Part shown: positions 21,901 through 31,848 of the stretch, piece after piece
Position numbering within the stretch: position 1 is the first letter of the stretch
Layout: every line of letters starts with the position of its first letter
Origin: Bdellovibrionota bacterium
Lineage (GTDB): Bacteria > Bdellovibrionota_C > UBA2361 > JAAYZI01
DNA length: 64,000 bases
NCBI GenBank assembly: GCA_050950765.1
Contig: JBMNIF010000001.1
Span: 256,001 to 320,000 of the forward strand
Direction of reading: 5' to 3'
Position numbers and translations under genes: made by a program
Notes under the pieces: model-generated
Told to the model about the DNA's origin: nothing
Seen by the model: only the letters and a program-made list of their open reading frames with translations
The model's database searches: none

Positions 21901-24900
21901 GCGAACCTCACCTATTGTTAACAGTTCGTCCAGTTTTTGCGCCTTCCGAAGTTCTATTTTTAGCTTATTAGGAACTTCAGGATGCTTAAGAAGGATGTTT
22001 GTTTGGCGAGGGGTTAATTTTTGCTGGTTTAAACTCTGTAAAAATATTGTTGTCTTCTCTGTTGGTGCAGAAACAGTTGAAGGATTTGGAGCTTTTCCTG
22101 CTTGTTTGAAAAAGTTGTCCAAGCTGTGATTTTGTGGCTTAGCAGAGGGAACTGGAGATGATTCTCCAGTTGAAAGAGAGTTGCTATTAACTCTCAGACT
22201 TCTAGCAGAAGAGGAATTCTGCCCTTTTGCTGAATTAAGATTAGAAAAAAACTCTTCTCCCGTCTGAGTTCTACTGTTCCCTCTTCTGCTTGAGGGAGTT
22301 TGTTTAGCTTTTGAACTTGCAGGAGTTGCAGTAGTACCTCTAGCTGCTGCAGATCCTTGTTGAGGTGAAGATGGTGGTGTAGAGCTTCTCGTAACTGTTG
22401 TAGAAGTTATACTTCCGCCGCTTTTTTGTAATCTAGCTTGAAGTTTGTTGATATAATCTGGATTAACCGTTACTCCCTGCTCTTTGAAAGCTTTGCTCAT
22501 TTTTTTTATTACTCCACGAGAGGGCTTTCTTGATATATCTGAAGCATTACGAAGTGTGCCTCGTGTAAGAGGTTGCCCAGTGCGGTCACTTTTTTCAATT
22601 GCAGCTCGTAAAAAATTTGTACCTTCTTCATTTAGCGATATCCTTTTTCCAAAGGCGGAGTTTTTTACTTTTCCTTTGTTTAAAGCATTAATGGCCTTTT
22701 CTCGTGATATTGGCTTGCCGTCTACTACAGAACGTGGAGTGCGCAAGGAAAAGATAGGAGCAAGAAACATGGATAACCCTGCTGCCCGTCCAGCTGAAAG
22801 GAGGGAATTTGTGCCGACAACCCAGAAGCCGTTTCCGATACCGTTTTCCCAAGTTGCTTCCTGTGTTGCCGCACCTAAACCACCAAAGGTTGCTCCTGAT
22901 ACAAAACCGTCAGTAGCTGCTATGAATGTATTGTTAGCTATTCTGCGAAATATTTTTTCCTGAATATATTGTTGTGCTACGGCATAAGGATGAGCGACAA
23001 CTTGTTCTACTGTTTCACTAATAAAGACTTCTCCAGCCTCCTTTCCTGCTTTTTTTGCACCTTCTGCTGCTACTTTTGCTGCTGTTTTTTTTGCACTTTC
23101 TGCTGTTACTTTTGCTGCTGTTTTTTTTGCCGCAGCTTCTCCTAAACTTTCCGCAAATTCTTTTCCTGTGTTTTTTGTAACAATTTCTGCAACATTTTGT
23201 ACCCCCTCTTTTGCGGATTCTTTAATGACAGTTTTTCCCAAGTTTTCTGCGCCTTCTTGTATTGCTTCTGTTGCAATGACTCTCCCAACGCTTTTTGCGC
23301 CTTCTTCTACTGCTTCACCACCTACCTTGTAGATCGTATTGGAAACGACTGTGGTTACGCCGCTGAAACCTTTTTTCTCTAAGTATTTGGCAACTTGCCC
23401 TATGACTACTTCCTGAGTTTTTTTTGCAGCACCTAAACCAACACTAAATCCAGCACCATCAATTGCTGAGTTTATAAGTATCTCATCGATCTCTCCTGTG
23501 ATACTCATACCTCGTCCGACACCGATAATAGCTGTGCGAGTAACAAGACCTGAAGCGGTTGTCCAAAATGCGACAACAAGGGGTGTTGCACTACCACCTG
23601 AGCCGCAGATTATGCCGACAGAAAATGCTGTGGCAACACCTGTTCCGACAGCATTAGCAGCTGCTTTGGTTACCTCCGCTTTTACTTCGCGATAAAATAC
23701 AGCCTGTGTTTCTAGGCTATCCATCATTGTTAAAAATTGAATGTACTCTTCTTGAGAGATCTCTCCTGAGCCGATCTTTTGATGTAACGTCTTTGCCTCA
23801 TTATAGACTTTTGTAATGTGTTCTGAAAATTGAGGCACGAGCCATTCGACGCAACCACCCGTTGCATTTTTATAACGGGTTTCAATCTTTGACATCATCA
23901 AGTCAATGTTTTTGCGATTCTCTTCGGGATCTACACTAAAGTTGCGAGAAACAATCTTTGTTTGTAGCAGAGCATCAACTTGATCATCGCCGGACATCTC
24001 TTTTTTAATTCTTTTAACAATGTGACAGCCAGTCTCTTTATAAAAAGCTGCATCCAGCTCTAAAAACTCCTGTTCGGAGGTGATGCCGCTTAACGCTTCA
24101 CGAACCATGGCTTCATTTGTGCCGTCAAACCATCCACGAAAACCGAGCTTCAATTTTTGTAAACGTGAAAGGTCTCCCGTGTTGAAGACATCTTGAAAAG
24201 CATCAAATTGTCTACTTGAAAGCTCTGAGTGGGCGTCATTTACAAGTTCAGATTTATAAGTAGCGCTATATGCGGCATTGACCTTTTCTCTATACGTTGC
24301 ATGGCGTTTAATAGCTTCCTCTCTCTCTCCTTCTGGAAGGTATCTAATCTCTTGAGATATTAAGAAAGTATCACGTAGCTGCTCCTCAGCCGTGCCCCAG
24401 ACACCCTTCATAGCAAAACGTGCTTCCACAGCTCCAGCTTGTACAGCATCGCCATTAAGAAGTGCTTTTAACCAATCACGTCCGAGTGTTCTACTTTTTG
24501 AAGAGCCGGACATTAGGGTATCAATTTTTTTAAGGAGAGCTTCTTTCCCCCCTGAAGCATCGAGTAAGCCCTGTAAACGCTCTTGATTGATCTCCATTTT
24601 TACGGGGTCTACTAAATAGTTTTGCATTTCAAGACAGGTGCCGTGGATATCAATACTTGAACAGCCGAGCCAGTTTTCTTTTGAAAGACGTTCCACTAAG
24701 TAAGCTGCCTTTTGTGTATTTTCATCTCCTGAAAGTATAGCATTACAACGAGCGATCTCTGCGCCTGTGAAGTTGGCTTCTAGTAAAGCAGCATCCAGAG
24801 ATTTGCCATGGTGTGTTTTAAAATTTTCTTTAAATTCGGTGGCGATACGCGCTCTCTCTTCAGGTGTGGCTGCTGGATCTTGAAGGTAAGTTAAGGCTTG

Positions 24901-27612
24901 AAAAACCTTTTCTTTTGATGCCCAGAAAGTATAATCAAGGCTGGAATTAAGTTTTGCCAAAGCTATTTTTTGTGTGTCGCCCGTTGTTAGCGCTGTCGCT
25001 AGTGCTAGATCCGTTCCTGAAAAATCATTATGCATATCATCTTCAAGACGTGCACCGTATTTTTCAAAATAGATAGATTTAATTAGCTCTATCTCTTCTT
25101 TACTTTTGCCGTCTAAGGCTGCATACCATTTCTTCTCATCAGTTCCGGCGGATGATATAAAAGAAATTATACCAGATCTCCCTTTATCTTGGTATATCAT
25201 CGCCCCCATAGTGGCGTTACGCAGAGCATCTGCAGCAGCGGCGCAATTTATATAATGGTCAGAACCGCGCGTTTGAAGGGCATATGCTTCTCCTTTGAGG
25301 GTGTCAATGATATTCTCTTCGTTTAAAATTTCTTCTTTTTGTGTTGCCAAAAAGGTTGCTTTAGCAACATCTTCTTCAATCCCCGTAGAACGAAGATTTT
25401 CAATTTCAGAGTCTATAATTTGTGAAAGTCTGGCACGACGTGCTTCCTCTAGTGGCGCTAGTGATTGAAGAAGCTCTTCTCTATTTTTGCTTAAGGTTTC
25501 AGCTGTTTTTTGCTTTATTTTGATATTAGTAGTTGAAGCTTGAAGTTCTCCAATCTTTATGCTCATTTGGCGTGAAAGTTTTGAGGCTGCACTTAATTGA
25601 GCTTCATCCTGCAATTGTTGTAAGAATAGGGTTCTACTCGTGGCATAATTTGGATCATTTAAATCAAAACCATTTTCTTTAAAAAGAGCTTCATAAGTTT
25701 TACGTTTTTCATCGAGTGCTGTTATCTCTGACTGATAATCTTTTCTTTCTGTTGATTGAAGACTAAAGCCTGCTTCCCCTAAAATAGTGCCTCTTTCTTT
25801 GGCGTAAAGGTAATCCTTCTTTTCTAATAGATTTACGATCTGCTCATATGAAAGCGCACCGTTCTTTAAAATTTCAGAGGCGAAGTAATTATCAGAATTA
25901 AAAGTTAGAGAAACAGAGCCGTCACTTTCTGTAACTTCTGTATATGTACCTGAAAAATTTTCAAGTTGACTTTCAAGAGTTGTTCCATAAATCGTTTCAT
26001 AATCTTTCTGAATGGCGATTCTTTCATCTTCTGTTTTATCTGCAAAAAAAGTATGAAAGCGTAAAACTCCATTTTCACGATCTGTTACGGTGGTGTGTAG
26101 TTGCGTTATAAGCTCCCGCCGTTCTGGGGAGATCGTTATAAGAGTTTTTTGAGCGGTTGCGAGACTTTCTCGTTCCTGTTTAAAAGTTGTAGAGACATCC
26201 ACTGCTGGGAAAGATTCAGTGTTAGGAGTTTTAGAAAGAGCTTTTACCTGTTCTAGCGCTTTATCTTTAGCACCCGTCCAAGTTCTAAAAAAACCGGTGG
26301 TATTATTAAGGTTTCTTTCAATCCATTGTTCCGGATTTAGGCGCAATACCGAAGACCCTGCTTGAGCATCAAGAAAGGCTAGCCTAAAAAATTTATATTC
26401 TCCCTGCTTTATCTCTGAAAGGATGGCAGGATCTTTTGTTTTTAAAAATTCCTGCGCCTTAGCAGTCATCCGTATCTGACTCTCTTTTTGATATTTTATT
26501 GTTCGGTCTGCAACGGCTTCGATTTTAGTTGCTAAATCATACTTTTCTAAAAAAGCGGTGTTCTTTTTAAGATATGCGTTATAGGCATCCTCCCTTAATT
26601 TTGCTGCTGATTGCATACTTGAAGGGGTTTCTCCGATCAGTTTCGCCAGCCTCTGAGCATTATTTGCTATCTCTTGTGCACGAGCTTCATCTGCTGCTAC
26701 TCGTTGCACACTCTTTAAATATTCGACAAGGTCAGGACGACCCTTTAAAATCTCATTATTCTCCACCGTTTCTTGAAAACTCTTCTCAAGTTGTGCAACT
26801 TCTTTTTCTAGTAAGGTTGAATCTTGTGCATATTTTTCAGAGTTTCCAATGATAATTTCATTATCCAGACGTTGAACGCCAGTGTTATACACACCTTGTA
26901 TAGTACCGATAGACTTTCCGCTTTCTTGTGCAAATGTTGCAAGTTTTTCAAGCTCTTTAGAAAGTGCTTCCGTAGTAATCACTTTAGCAGAGTGTTCCGT
27001 AGCTACTTCTGTTGTTTTTGTTGCAAAAGAGAGTTGTTCTTCTAAAACTTCTTTGACGATAGTTGTGACTATCTCTTCAAGAGGCTCTTCATCCTCACCA
27101 CGGTTTGCGTTTTTTAATTCAGCAACTCTATCTCCATTAAGCTCTTTTAAAGCTTTTTCTAAAACTGATTGAAGATTAGTGCTATCCAAATTATTTTTTG
27201 CTTTATTAACCAGAGCTTTAAATGCAGCTTCTATAATCTGTTGCCGTTGTTCGAGAGAAAGCCCCTGCAAAAGTCTTAGCAACTCTTCACGTTCTAGCTC
27301 TTCTTTGTTTTTTAACCCACCAATCTGTTCATATATTTCAAAGAGTACAGCTTGCGAAATCTCTTCTGCTGGAGGGAGTGTTGGAATCGGTGAAAGCTCC
27401 TTCCTGAGGTCGTTAAGCTTTTCCTCCATTATCGGATTAAATAGGCTTGCAGAAAGGGAACCAGTGTGAGTATTGCTAACTTGCGCGGTTGGTGTTTGGG
27501 TTTTTAATGAGTTTGCAGAAAGGTCAGCAGGGGGGGGGTTGCTAACTTGTGCAGCTGGTCTCTCTGTTGTGTTTACTTGTGGCGTTGCTCCTCGGTTCGA
27601 CATCTCCAACAA
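18952..27612 (-). CDS. giant 2886-aa protein with annexin-like repeats, hydrophobic segments and low-complexity tail
   Basis: Uninterrupted 8.6-kb ORF with TAGGAG upstream; GTDE..L...S.EE...IK..Y...YG..LEDD...DFSG repeat pattern. Confidence 0.85.
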   Translation of the reverse strand: MLEMSNRGATPQVNTTERPAAQVSNPPPADLSANSLKTQTPTAQVSNTHTGSLSASLFNPIMEEKLNDLRKELSPIPTLPPAEEISQAVLFEIYEQIGGLKNKEELEREELLRLLQGLSLEQRQQIIEAAFKALVNKAKNNLDSTNLQSVLEKALKELNGDRVAELKNANRGEDEEPLEEIVTTIVKEVLEEQLSFATKTTEVATEHSAKVITTEALSKELEKLATFAQESGKSIGTIQGVYNTGVQRLDNEIIIGNSEKYAQDSTLLEKEVAQLEKSFQETVENNEILKGRPDLVEYLKSVQRVAADEARAQEIANNAQRLAKLIGETPSSMQSAAKLREDAYNAYLKKNTAFLEKYDLATKIEAVADRTIKYQKESQIRMTAKAQEFLKTKDPAILSEIKQGEYKFFRLAFLDAQAGSSVLRLNPEQWIERNLNNTTGFFRTWTGAKDKALEQVKALSKTPNTESFPAVDVSTTFKQERESLATAQKTLITISPERRELITQLHTTVTDRENGVLRFHTFFADKTEDERIAIQKDYETIYGTTLESQLENFSGTYTEVTESDGSVSLTFNSDNYFASEILKNGALSYEQIVNLLEKKDYLYAKERGTILGEAGFSLQSTERKDYQSEITALDEKRKTYEALFKENGFDLNDPNYATSRTLFLQQLQDEAQLSAASKLSRQMSIKIGELQASTTNIKIKQKTAETLSKNREELLQSLAPLEEARRARLSQIIDSEIENLRSTGIEEDVAKATFLATQKEEILNEENIIDTLKGEAYALQTRGSDHYINCAAAADALRNATMGAMIYQDKGRSGIISFISSAGTDEKKWYAALDGKSKEEIELIKSIYFEKYGARLEDDMHNDFSGTDLALATALTTGDTQKIALAKLNSSLDYTFWASKEKVFQALTYLQDPAATPEERARIATEFKENFKTHHGKSLDAALLEANFTGAEIARCNAILSGDENTQKAAYLVERLSKENWLGCSSIDIHGTCLEMQNYLVDPVKMEINQERLQGLLDASGGKEALLKKIDTLMSGSSKSRTLGRDWLKALLNGDAVQAGAVEARFAMKGVWGTAEEQLRDTFLISQEIRYLPEGEREEAIKRHATYREKVNAAYSATYKSELVNDAHSELSSRQFDAFQDVFNTGDLSRLQKLKLGFRGWFDGTNEAMVREALSGITSEQEFLELDAAFYKETGCHIVKRIKKEMSGDDQVDALLQTKIVSRNFSVDPEENRKNIDLMMSKIETRYKNATGGCVEWLVPQFSEHITKVYNEAKTLHQKIGSGEISQEEYIQFLTMMDSLETQAVFYREVKAEVTKAAANAVGTGVATAFSVGIICGSGGSATPLVVAFWTTASGLVTRTAIIGVGRGMSITGEIDEILINSAIDGAGFSVGLGAAKKTQEVVIGQVAKYLEKKGFSGVTTVVSNTIYKVGGEAVEEGAKSVGRVIATEAIQEGAENLGKTVIKESAKEGVQNVAEIVTKNTGKEFAESLGEAAAKKTAAKVTAESAKKTAAKVAAEGAKKAGKEAGEVFISETVEQVVAHPYAVAQQYIQEKIFRRIANNTFIAATDGFVSGATFGGLGAATQEATWENGIGNGFWVVGTNSLLSAGRAAGLSMFLAPIFSLRTPRSVVDGKPISREKAINALNKGKVKNSAFGKRISLNEEGTNFLRAAIEKSDRTGQPLTRGTLRNASDISRKPSRGVIKKMSKAFKEQGVTVNPDYINKLQARLQKSGGSITSTTVTRSSTPPSSPQQGSAAARGTTATPASSKAKQTPSSRRGNSRTQTGEEFFSNLNSAKGQNSSSARSLRVNSNSLSTGESSPVPSAKPQNHSLDNFFKQAGKAPNPSTVSAPTEKTTIFLQSLNQQKLTPRQTNILLKHPEVPNKLKIELRKAQKLDELLTIGEVRYWLKESLSSFDLDGFIMGTNSASASQGGSPQTRTNSATTKTTPPQGNSNVSSKQQPPKNTASASQGGSSQTGGRATTVNSAQPKPKTPPKNTTPTTETEFKKGGNTDTKTFNSSNKGDSSPQLTPKAREILKDTRLKTRRFELSSAKTFQEVETILKDMANDGFLSKSDRTGQPLTRGTLRNASDISRKPSRGVIKKMSKAFKEQGVTVNPDYINKLQARLQKSGGSITSTTVTRSSTPPSSPQQGSAAARGTTATPASSKAKQTPSSRRGNSRTQTGEEFFSNLNSAKGQNSSSARSLRVNSNSLSTGESSPVPSAKPQNHSLDNFFKQAGKAPNPSTVSAPTEKTTIFLQSLNQQKLTPRQTNILLKHPEVPNKLKIELRKAQKLDELLTIGEVRYWLKESLSSFDLDGFIMGTNSASASQGGSPQTRTNSATTKTTPPQGNSNVSSKQQPPKNTASASQGGSSQTGGRATTVNSAQPKPKTPPKNTTPTTETEFKKGGNTDTKTFNSSNKGDSSPQLTPKAREILKDTRLKTRRFELSSAKTFQEVETILKDMANDGFLSKSDYLEITKFLKNVKPVTPQQRSTPLKAPKGNAQRPSVRSEPRSEGLPKLGDGTSSSPSSGQINKIKATTENNFSSELGFKNIKQTFSAEKNSAAFNEKFNSLTETKVSQVPKQKFDVNNWLDSFRQNKAVAEFKKRPADRINNAMDLPPPPEPTPAGVVKLVSEETSNSFGNIEHLLGKIDLTQPASFNSIREATAAAAARAGSRIATTNNVAEQTKIVENRAEETTTETKPIYEIEIPEQKPIETKPIYEEIPEQTAPITETKPLEQTKPQPAEETEHQTAKETQPAKQTATETAVKVKQQTETEAVAKTETKNVVRQPAKAKVETTVKARVHPRLRSGGAGDLVKKIIEKNKEDEELLAAQVRETETMEEPKGDLTIRRLIKVKRNNLRFRDPDEINQDDDDEILVFKMREEDVPG
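20203..22593. repeat. in-frame 1191-bp (397-aa) tandem duplication
   Basis: GTCACTTTT at 20203, 21394 and 22585; no differences noticed between the two copies. Confidence 0.95.
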
Positions 27613-27709
27613 TATCCCGTGTTATTAATAAAACTCCTAAGAACGATCCGCAGAAGCACGCCCTTTGATCCTTATATATTATCAAAAACAGAAGATTTTA
27701 ATAAGAAAA

Positions 27710-28131
27710 ACCGTCCCTAAAGGTAAAGGGTGGCACTTTTTACCTCCGTAGAGACCTAACCAATTCATTTTTAGTTGCAGCCCGTCCAATTGTCCCTGAA
27801 GGGTGGCACCAAAACTGCCGAATCCCAACTTTTGCTAACATCCTGATATCATTAGATGCTAATTAGGACACCCACTTTTTACCTCCGTAAAGACCTAACC
27901 AATTTGTTTTTAGTTGCACCCCGTTCGGTCGTCCCTAGTGGGTTCAACCGTCCCTAAAGGGTGGGTGGCACCAAATTTTTGCCCCCGTCCAGATCTAGCC
28001 GATCCCGTCTTGCAGTTACAGCCCGTCCTGCTGTCCTTGAAGGGTGGCACCAAATTTTTGACCTCCGTAGAGACCTAACCAATTCATTTTTACTTGCAGC
28101 CCGTTCAATTGTCCTTGAAGGGTGACACCAT
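27710..28131 (+). repeat. REP-like module cluster
   Basis: Five GGGTG(G/A)CAC cores, one AATTAGGACACCCAC core, and four variants of the CCGTAGAGACCTAACC..GTTGCAGCCCGT module seen at 1.1-2.5 kb. Confidence 0.88.
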
Positions 28132-28743
28132 CTATTTTACGAAAAAGTTGTCGCGCAGACCCTGCATAATCATCTGCGAGGCTAGAGCAGCCAGATAAAT
28201 TCCAGTGATTTTGCTAAGAATAACGATCCTTTTTTTACCGAGATATTTTTCCATCGCAACTGATAGGTACAACATCGCCCAAATTACAAAGAGAGCTATA
28301 AGAAGAGCAATAATATTAAATAACTTAGCGTTTAAACTGGGCGCTTCTATGCCTAAAACAAGCATTGTTCCCATTACGGCAGGACCTATCAAAATCGGTA
28401 TCGTCATCGGAACAATCACTATCTCTTCTGTGTCGCTGTCTGATTGCGGGGGCACAATCCTCCCCTTTACTAAAGAGATGGCATCTAAAAGCAAAATAGT
28501 GCCAACGCCAGTTCTAAAGGCATCAAGGGTTATGCCTAAAACGGAAAAAATAGTTTCCCCAAAGAAGATAATGATAACACAACAAATAAAAGTTGTGATG
28601 GCGATCTTGGTAGCATCGCTTTTCCTACGTTTGTCAGAAAAGTTTTTGGTTAAATACAAAAACATCGATAACGCAAAAAACGGCGTAAGCAAAAAATAAA
28701 AGCGGAGGGAAATTTTAAATAGTGTCGAAAAAGTGTAATCCAT
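28132..28743 (-). CDS. marC: MarC family membrane protein
   Basis: About 6 TM helices; FFGETIFSVLGITLDAFR, VPMTIPILIGP, SKITGIYLAALA; start moved to ATG 28743. Confidence 0.88.
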   Translation of the reverse strand: MDYTFSTLFKISLRFYFLLTPFFALSMFLYLTKNFSDKRRKSDATKIAITTFICCVIIIFFGETIFSVLGITLDAFRTGVGTILLLDAISLVKGRIVPPQSDSDTEEIVIVPMTIPILIGPAVMGTMLVLGIEAPSLNAKLFNIIALLIALFVIWAMLYLSVAMEKYLGKKRIVILSKITGIYLAALASQMIMQGLRDNFFVK

Positions 28744-28854
28744 AATGGCTGTGATGTTATACAAAGGTAATTTTTTTACAATTGATTTTGCTAAAATATT
28801 ACAGGTATCGGGGGAAAATTTTTTTCTGGATATATTTAGAAAAAACACCACCCT

Positions 28855-29151
28855 CAAGGTATAGAATCAAGTCATTGCTTATCTGTAATGGGAAAACTTT
28901 TTCTACTGAATACGCTAAATACGTTTAAAATGAACATACCAGGATCAACCTTCCGCACCCTTGACGCATTTATGCTTTAACTGTGGAGGAGGGGTGGATC
29001 TCATGGGAGCTGTGAAGAGCGGGAAGCGATATCTGCAGAGCAATCTAAACTAGGCGTAACACCACTCTCAAAGTGTGGAATTACAAGGTATAGAATCAAG
29101 TCATTACTCATCTTCAAGGGGAAAATTTTTTCTACTGAATACGCTAAATAC
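28855..29151. repeat. 68-bp imperfect direct repeat pair (28855-28922, 29084-29151)
   Basis: CAAGGTATAGAATCAAGTCATT...TTCTACTGAATACGCTAAATAC present twice. Confidence 0.85.
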
Positions 29152-29182
29152 ATCCAGCAGGGAGTAGCACTTTAAACATTTT

Positions 29183-31819
29183 TTATTTACAAACAACATC
29201 TCCTAAATCAACTGAAAACTCAGAATCGGAAAATTCAGGCAGGTGTAAAAAACACTTATTCTTTTTTATCTCTATATAAAACTTCTCATCTCCCGTCATT
29301 TCAACTTGGAAGAAGCCGTCGTCTTCTGTCGTGGTATATGTATGTGTTCCTTTTATCCGCTTCCACTCAATCGGCTCCCCATTTACATCAACCGCGCGCC
29401 CGATTCCGATCACCATTTTATCAATCTTCCACTCTTCACGAGCGATGTTGCCAGGAAAAAGAGTTACCTTGCGTGGTGCGCTGTCATAAAGAACAAACTC
29501 ATTTTTTTCTACCGGCTTAATAGAGATCTTATACTCTCTGTAAGGGTGTAAGCCGATAATTGTTTTATCTCCCGCCGTAATAGTTTCATATAAACTTCCG
29601 TTGATAAGAATTTGCACCTTTTCATTAGACGTTTCACTATCTACTACCACTACAAGCGCCGCATCTGTTTTAAACGGAAAGGCGATCTGCGGCACTAAAC
29701 TCTTATCAACTATAAAAGAGCTGCTACCATTCACTCCATAACTGGAGCGATTATCATCAGACAAACGTTGATCTCTGATAAAGGCGTTGGTATCGAGATA
29801 ATTATTGGCATATTCAACACGAGCTTCATTAGCTACAAAAGAATCAGCTTGTTTACCCCGTTTGTTGTGAACTTCATTTTGTAACCTGATCTTTGTGCCC
29901 TTACCGGTACGGGTTCTATCCGTACGTTCATAAGCTGTGCGGACAACATCAAGTCCATCTCCGCCGTCGTTCTGAGAAGTTGCGTTGATCTGTATCGATT
30001 GTTGAGGTCCGCTCGTGCTGTTGCCAAGACTATAACGGTAGAAAAGCGCTGCTTGAAACTCATCACCATCATGATCTGTTTTTAAGTAAGCGGCGTTTAG
30101 ATAGATCATATGACGAAAGGTTTGAATAATGTTCCAACGTAAGTCAGGACCGTAGGCGTAAGTTTCTTCACCATTTAATTTATTTTTTGTGCCACGAAAT
30201 TGAAGTTGTACCGGACCAAGTGTGTATCCGATCGCTCCAGATGTATTAGAGCGTGCATCAGCTAAGGTATTAAAGATATCAAGCTCCTGATCACGCGAAC
30301 TAAGTGGAGTAAGGGCTGGGTCTGAAGTTTCGTCCACCGTATCAGCCGATGTCTCTGAATGAGTAATGTACCAATGGAAGTTGGAGATCGTTCCGTTAAG
30401 ATCTCCTACAACACCGTACTCACCTTTTGAAGAACAAGCTAAGGTAGCTCCGAGGTTGTAATTCAGATACATGGCGCGGAATCCCGCCGATCCGATAGTG
30501 ATATCATCCGTACCATTTACGGCACCGTTTAACTCAAGAAAGCTTAAGGCGCGCATTCTAGCAGAGGCTTGATAAATGGGGATATCAAAAACATCAAGGT
30601 TGTTACGCAAAGCACCAACGCGCAATGTTACAATAGGGTGTGAACGGATCGTTAGCATCCCTGATTTTGTGAAGAACTGACGATCGCGAATGATAGGGCC
30701 GTTATCTTGATGGATTACGATATCAACGTAGTAACTACCGTGCGGAAAAGATGAAGTGTTAATCTCTTGAAGACCAAAATCTAAAATCTGTGCAGAGATC
30801 AATCGATTGCCTTGAAAAAATTCAACACGGGATTTCGTCGGGATGTAAACAGTTAAGCGACTGCCGTGCAGATCATCTCGATTAAGAAAAAGATCTTCTG
30901 AAGTATCGAGATAAGCGCCGAGAAAATCAACGCTACCTGCAAAGGGACCGCCGTCTGTTTGTTGCGCACCAAAGCCGACCTGATACTCTCCAATGATCGT
31001 TCCTGTAACGGCTTCCGTTAAATTATAGTCATCATTATCCCCCGTATATTTATTTGCAAAGATCTGATTGGCCTCTTCAATCGGATCTAATGGCGTCTGA
31101 TATTTATCAGCGCTATCATCTCTACTTTGAAAGGTACCCTCCGCTCTGGCGAAGAACTTGCCGATGCTGGCTAACGTTTTATGTGTAAGCGCAACATCAT
31201 TATCTTCTCCGAACTCACCAGAAGCCGCCACATCAAACCGTTGTTGCAGGGAAAAATCGTTCTTCGGATCCGATAAAGCTAGCCCTTTGCTTTGATTGCC
31301 TATCGGTAAAAATTTGGGATCAGGGTGTATCATTAAAACAAAGGTCGAGGTATCTGCTTTAATTGTGCCGAGATCGGTTACAGTACGCTCTCCGTAGATC
31401 TTATCCTTAAGAAGGGGTAAGAGTTGATCGGTGTTGCTAATCGATGGCAACTGATCCAGTACGCCGTCCAAGTCCTCTATCTTAGCCCAATCATCAGTAA
31501 AACGAACTAAGACCAAGCCTTGCAGATCGTCACCAAGATAAAGGTCAAAGAGTGTAACATCACCCTCTTCAAGAGCACTTTCTTCATCCTCTTCGTTTGT
31601 TTCAAGCGCTACCTCTTCTTGTGTTTCTTCTGTTAACTCCTTAGGTGTTTCAACACTCATTGTCGCTTCCGAATCTTCCGAAGAAACGATGGTCGTTTCA
31701 CCTGTAAGTGGTGTTTGTAACTCCTCTGCCGTTAAGGGGTGGGCAGGATACAGGACGATTAACAACGCTAGCAGTAAGCGCATGTCCTTTTTTTTATGTT
31801 GTTGTATCCTGTTCTCCAT
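29183..31819 (-). CDS. alternate (CS1/ECP-type, TcfC/EcpC-like) fimbrial usher
   Basis: Signal peptide; SRVEFFQGNRLIS..G.QEINTSSFPHGSYYVDI; LHPYREYKI, VTLFPGN, GRAVD, TEDDGFFQ; adjacent chaperone and pilins. Confidence 0.85.
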   Translation of the reverse strand: MENRIQQHKKKDMRLLLALLIVLYPAHPLTAEELQTPLTGETTIVSSEDSEATMSVETPKELTEETQEEVALETNEEDEESALEEGDVTLFDLYLGDDLQGLVLVRFTDDWAKIEDLDGVLDQLPSISNTDQLLPLLKDKIYGERTVTDLGTIKADTSTFVLMIHPDPKFLPIGNQSKGLALSDPKNDFSLQQRFDVAASGEFGEDNDVALTHKTLASIGKFFARAEGTFQSRDDSADKYQTPLDPIEEANQIFANKYTGDNDDYNLTEAVTGTIIGEYQVGFGAQQTDGGPFAGSVDFLGAYLDTSEDLFLNRDDLHGSRLTVYIPTKSRVEFFQGNRLISAQILDFGLQEINTSSFPHGSYYVDIVIHQDNGPIIRDRQFFTKSGMLTIRSHPIVTLRVGALRNNLDVFDIPIYQASARMRALSFLELNGAVNGTDDITIGSAGFRAMYLNYNLGATLACSSKGEYGVVGDLNGTISNFHWYITHSETSADTVDETSDPALTPLSSRDQELDIFNTLADARSNTSGAIGYTLGPVQLQFRGTKNKLNGEETYAYGPDLRWNIIQTFRHMIYLNAAYLKTDHDGDEFQAALFYRYSLGNSTSGPQQSIQINATSQNDGGDGLDVVRTAYERTDRTRTGKGTKIRLQNEVHNKRGKQADSFVANEARVEYANNYLDTNAFIRDQRLSDDNRSSYGVNGSSSFIVDKSLVPQIAFPFKTDAALVVVVDSETSNEKVQILINGSLYETITAGDKTIIGLHPYREYKISIKPVEKNEFVLYDSAPRKVTLFPGNIAREEWKIDKMVIGIGRAVDVNGEPIEWKRIKGTHTYTTTEDDGFFQVEMTGDEKFYIEIKKNKCFLHLPEFSDSEFSVDLGDVVCK

Positions 31820-31848
31820 CTAAATCGTTACCGTTATATTAAAATCGC

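Noticed and set aside
19207..27469. Plus-strand ORFs overlapping the giant gene, and other antisense ORFs over nuo, flg, pilus and ATPase genes
   Set aside because: Shadow frames of well-supported genes with no independent motifs
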